From positions 128,001 through 192,000 of the forward strand of contig JASFQK010000002.1 of the NCBI GenBank assembly GCA_050115495.1: 64,000 nucleotides of DNA, written 5' to 3'. Below, piece after piece: positions 63,764-64,000 of the stretch (the stretch's first letter is position 1; each line of letters begins with the position of its first letter). The position numbers and the translations under genes were made by a program. Below the pieces are notes generated by a model, which saw only the letters and a list, made by a program, of their open reading frames with translations, did no database searches and had not been told where the DNA came from. The DNA comes from Phycisphaerae bacterium (GTDB taxonomy: Bacteria > Planctomycetota > Phycisphaerae > UBA1845 > Fen-1342).

Positions 63764-64000
63764 CTACTGCCCCATCTCGCGGCGAAGGTCCTCCAGGTCC
63801 ACAGACGGCATGAGGCACTTGACCTTGTCTGTATTAAGCACCTCTAGGAACATGTCGATCAGGGCCAGATGGTCAGTCGGCTCGCTGATCTCGTCGATCA
63901 CGCCGTACAGTATCACGGCCAGCTCGTCGTGGCCGACGTCTTCGCCCAGGCCGAAGCGCGTGAAGGCCCGCGCCTTTCCAACCGACAAATGGATGACCCG
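63764..64000 (-). CDS. 3' end of a hypothetical protein (start beyond the window)
   Basis: Frame open to the window edge with GC3-rich codons; TAG stop at 63764. Confidence 0.55.
   Translation of the reverse strand, partial: RVIHLSVGKARAFTRFGLGEDVGHDELAVILYGVIDEISEPTDHLALIDMFLEVLNTDKVKCLMPSVDLEDLRREMGQ

Overview
High-GC bacterial chromosomal window, most likely a planctomycete of the Phycisphaerae type. This is inferred from the TIGR02999-type ECF sigma factor paired with a Ser/Thr kinase, PEP-CTERM and dockerin-like secreted proteins, and many CxxC...CPxCG zinc-ribbon membrane proteins. It carries housekeeping genes (rnr, mnmE, metG, sdhC), a mannosylfructose/sucrose-type osmolyte cluster, two giant tandem HYR-repeat exoproteins, an intact ISAs1 element and a surface-glycosylation operon. 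There is also a lower-GC putative defence island: multi-ubiquitin, ThiF/E1 and DUF6527-like genes, divergent from an HTH plus IrrE/ImmA peptidase pair. The most striking signal, not resolved by the ORF track, is at about 8640-10110: four tandem, self-contained minus-strand units. Each has a conserved covarying leader hairpin, a strong Shine-Dalgarno, a 26-36 aa Trp-rich transmembrane micropeptide and a long-stem intrinsic terminator; three have a clear sigma70-like promoter and the fourth a weaker candidate. A promoter-to-terminator small RNA candidate with an anti-SD-like tract lies between rnr and mnmE. All calls are from motif reading by eye; no database searches were run.
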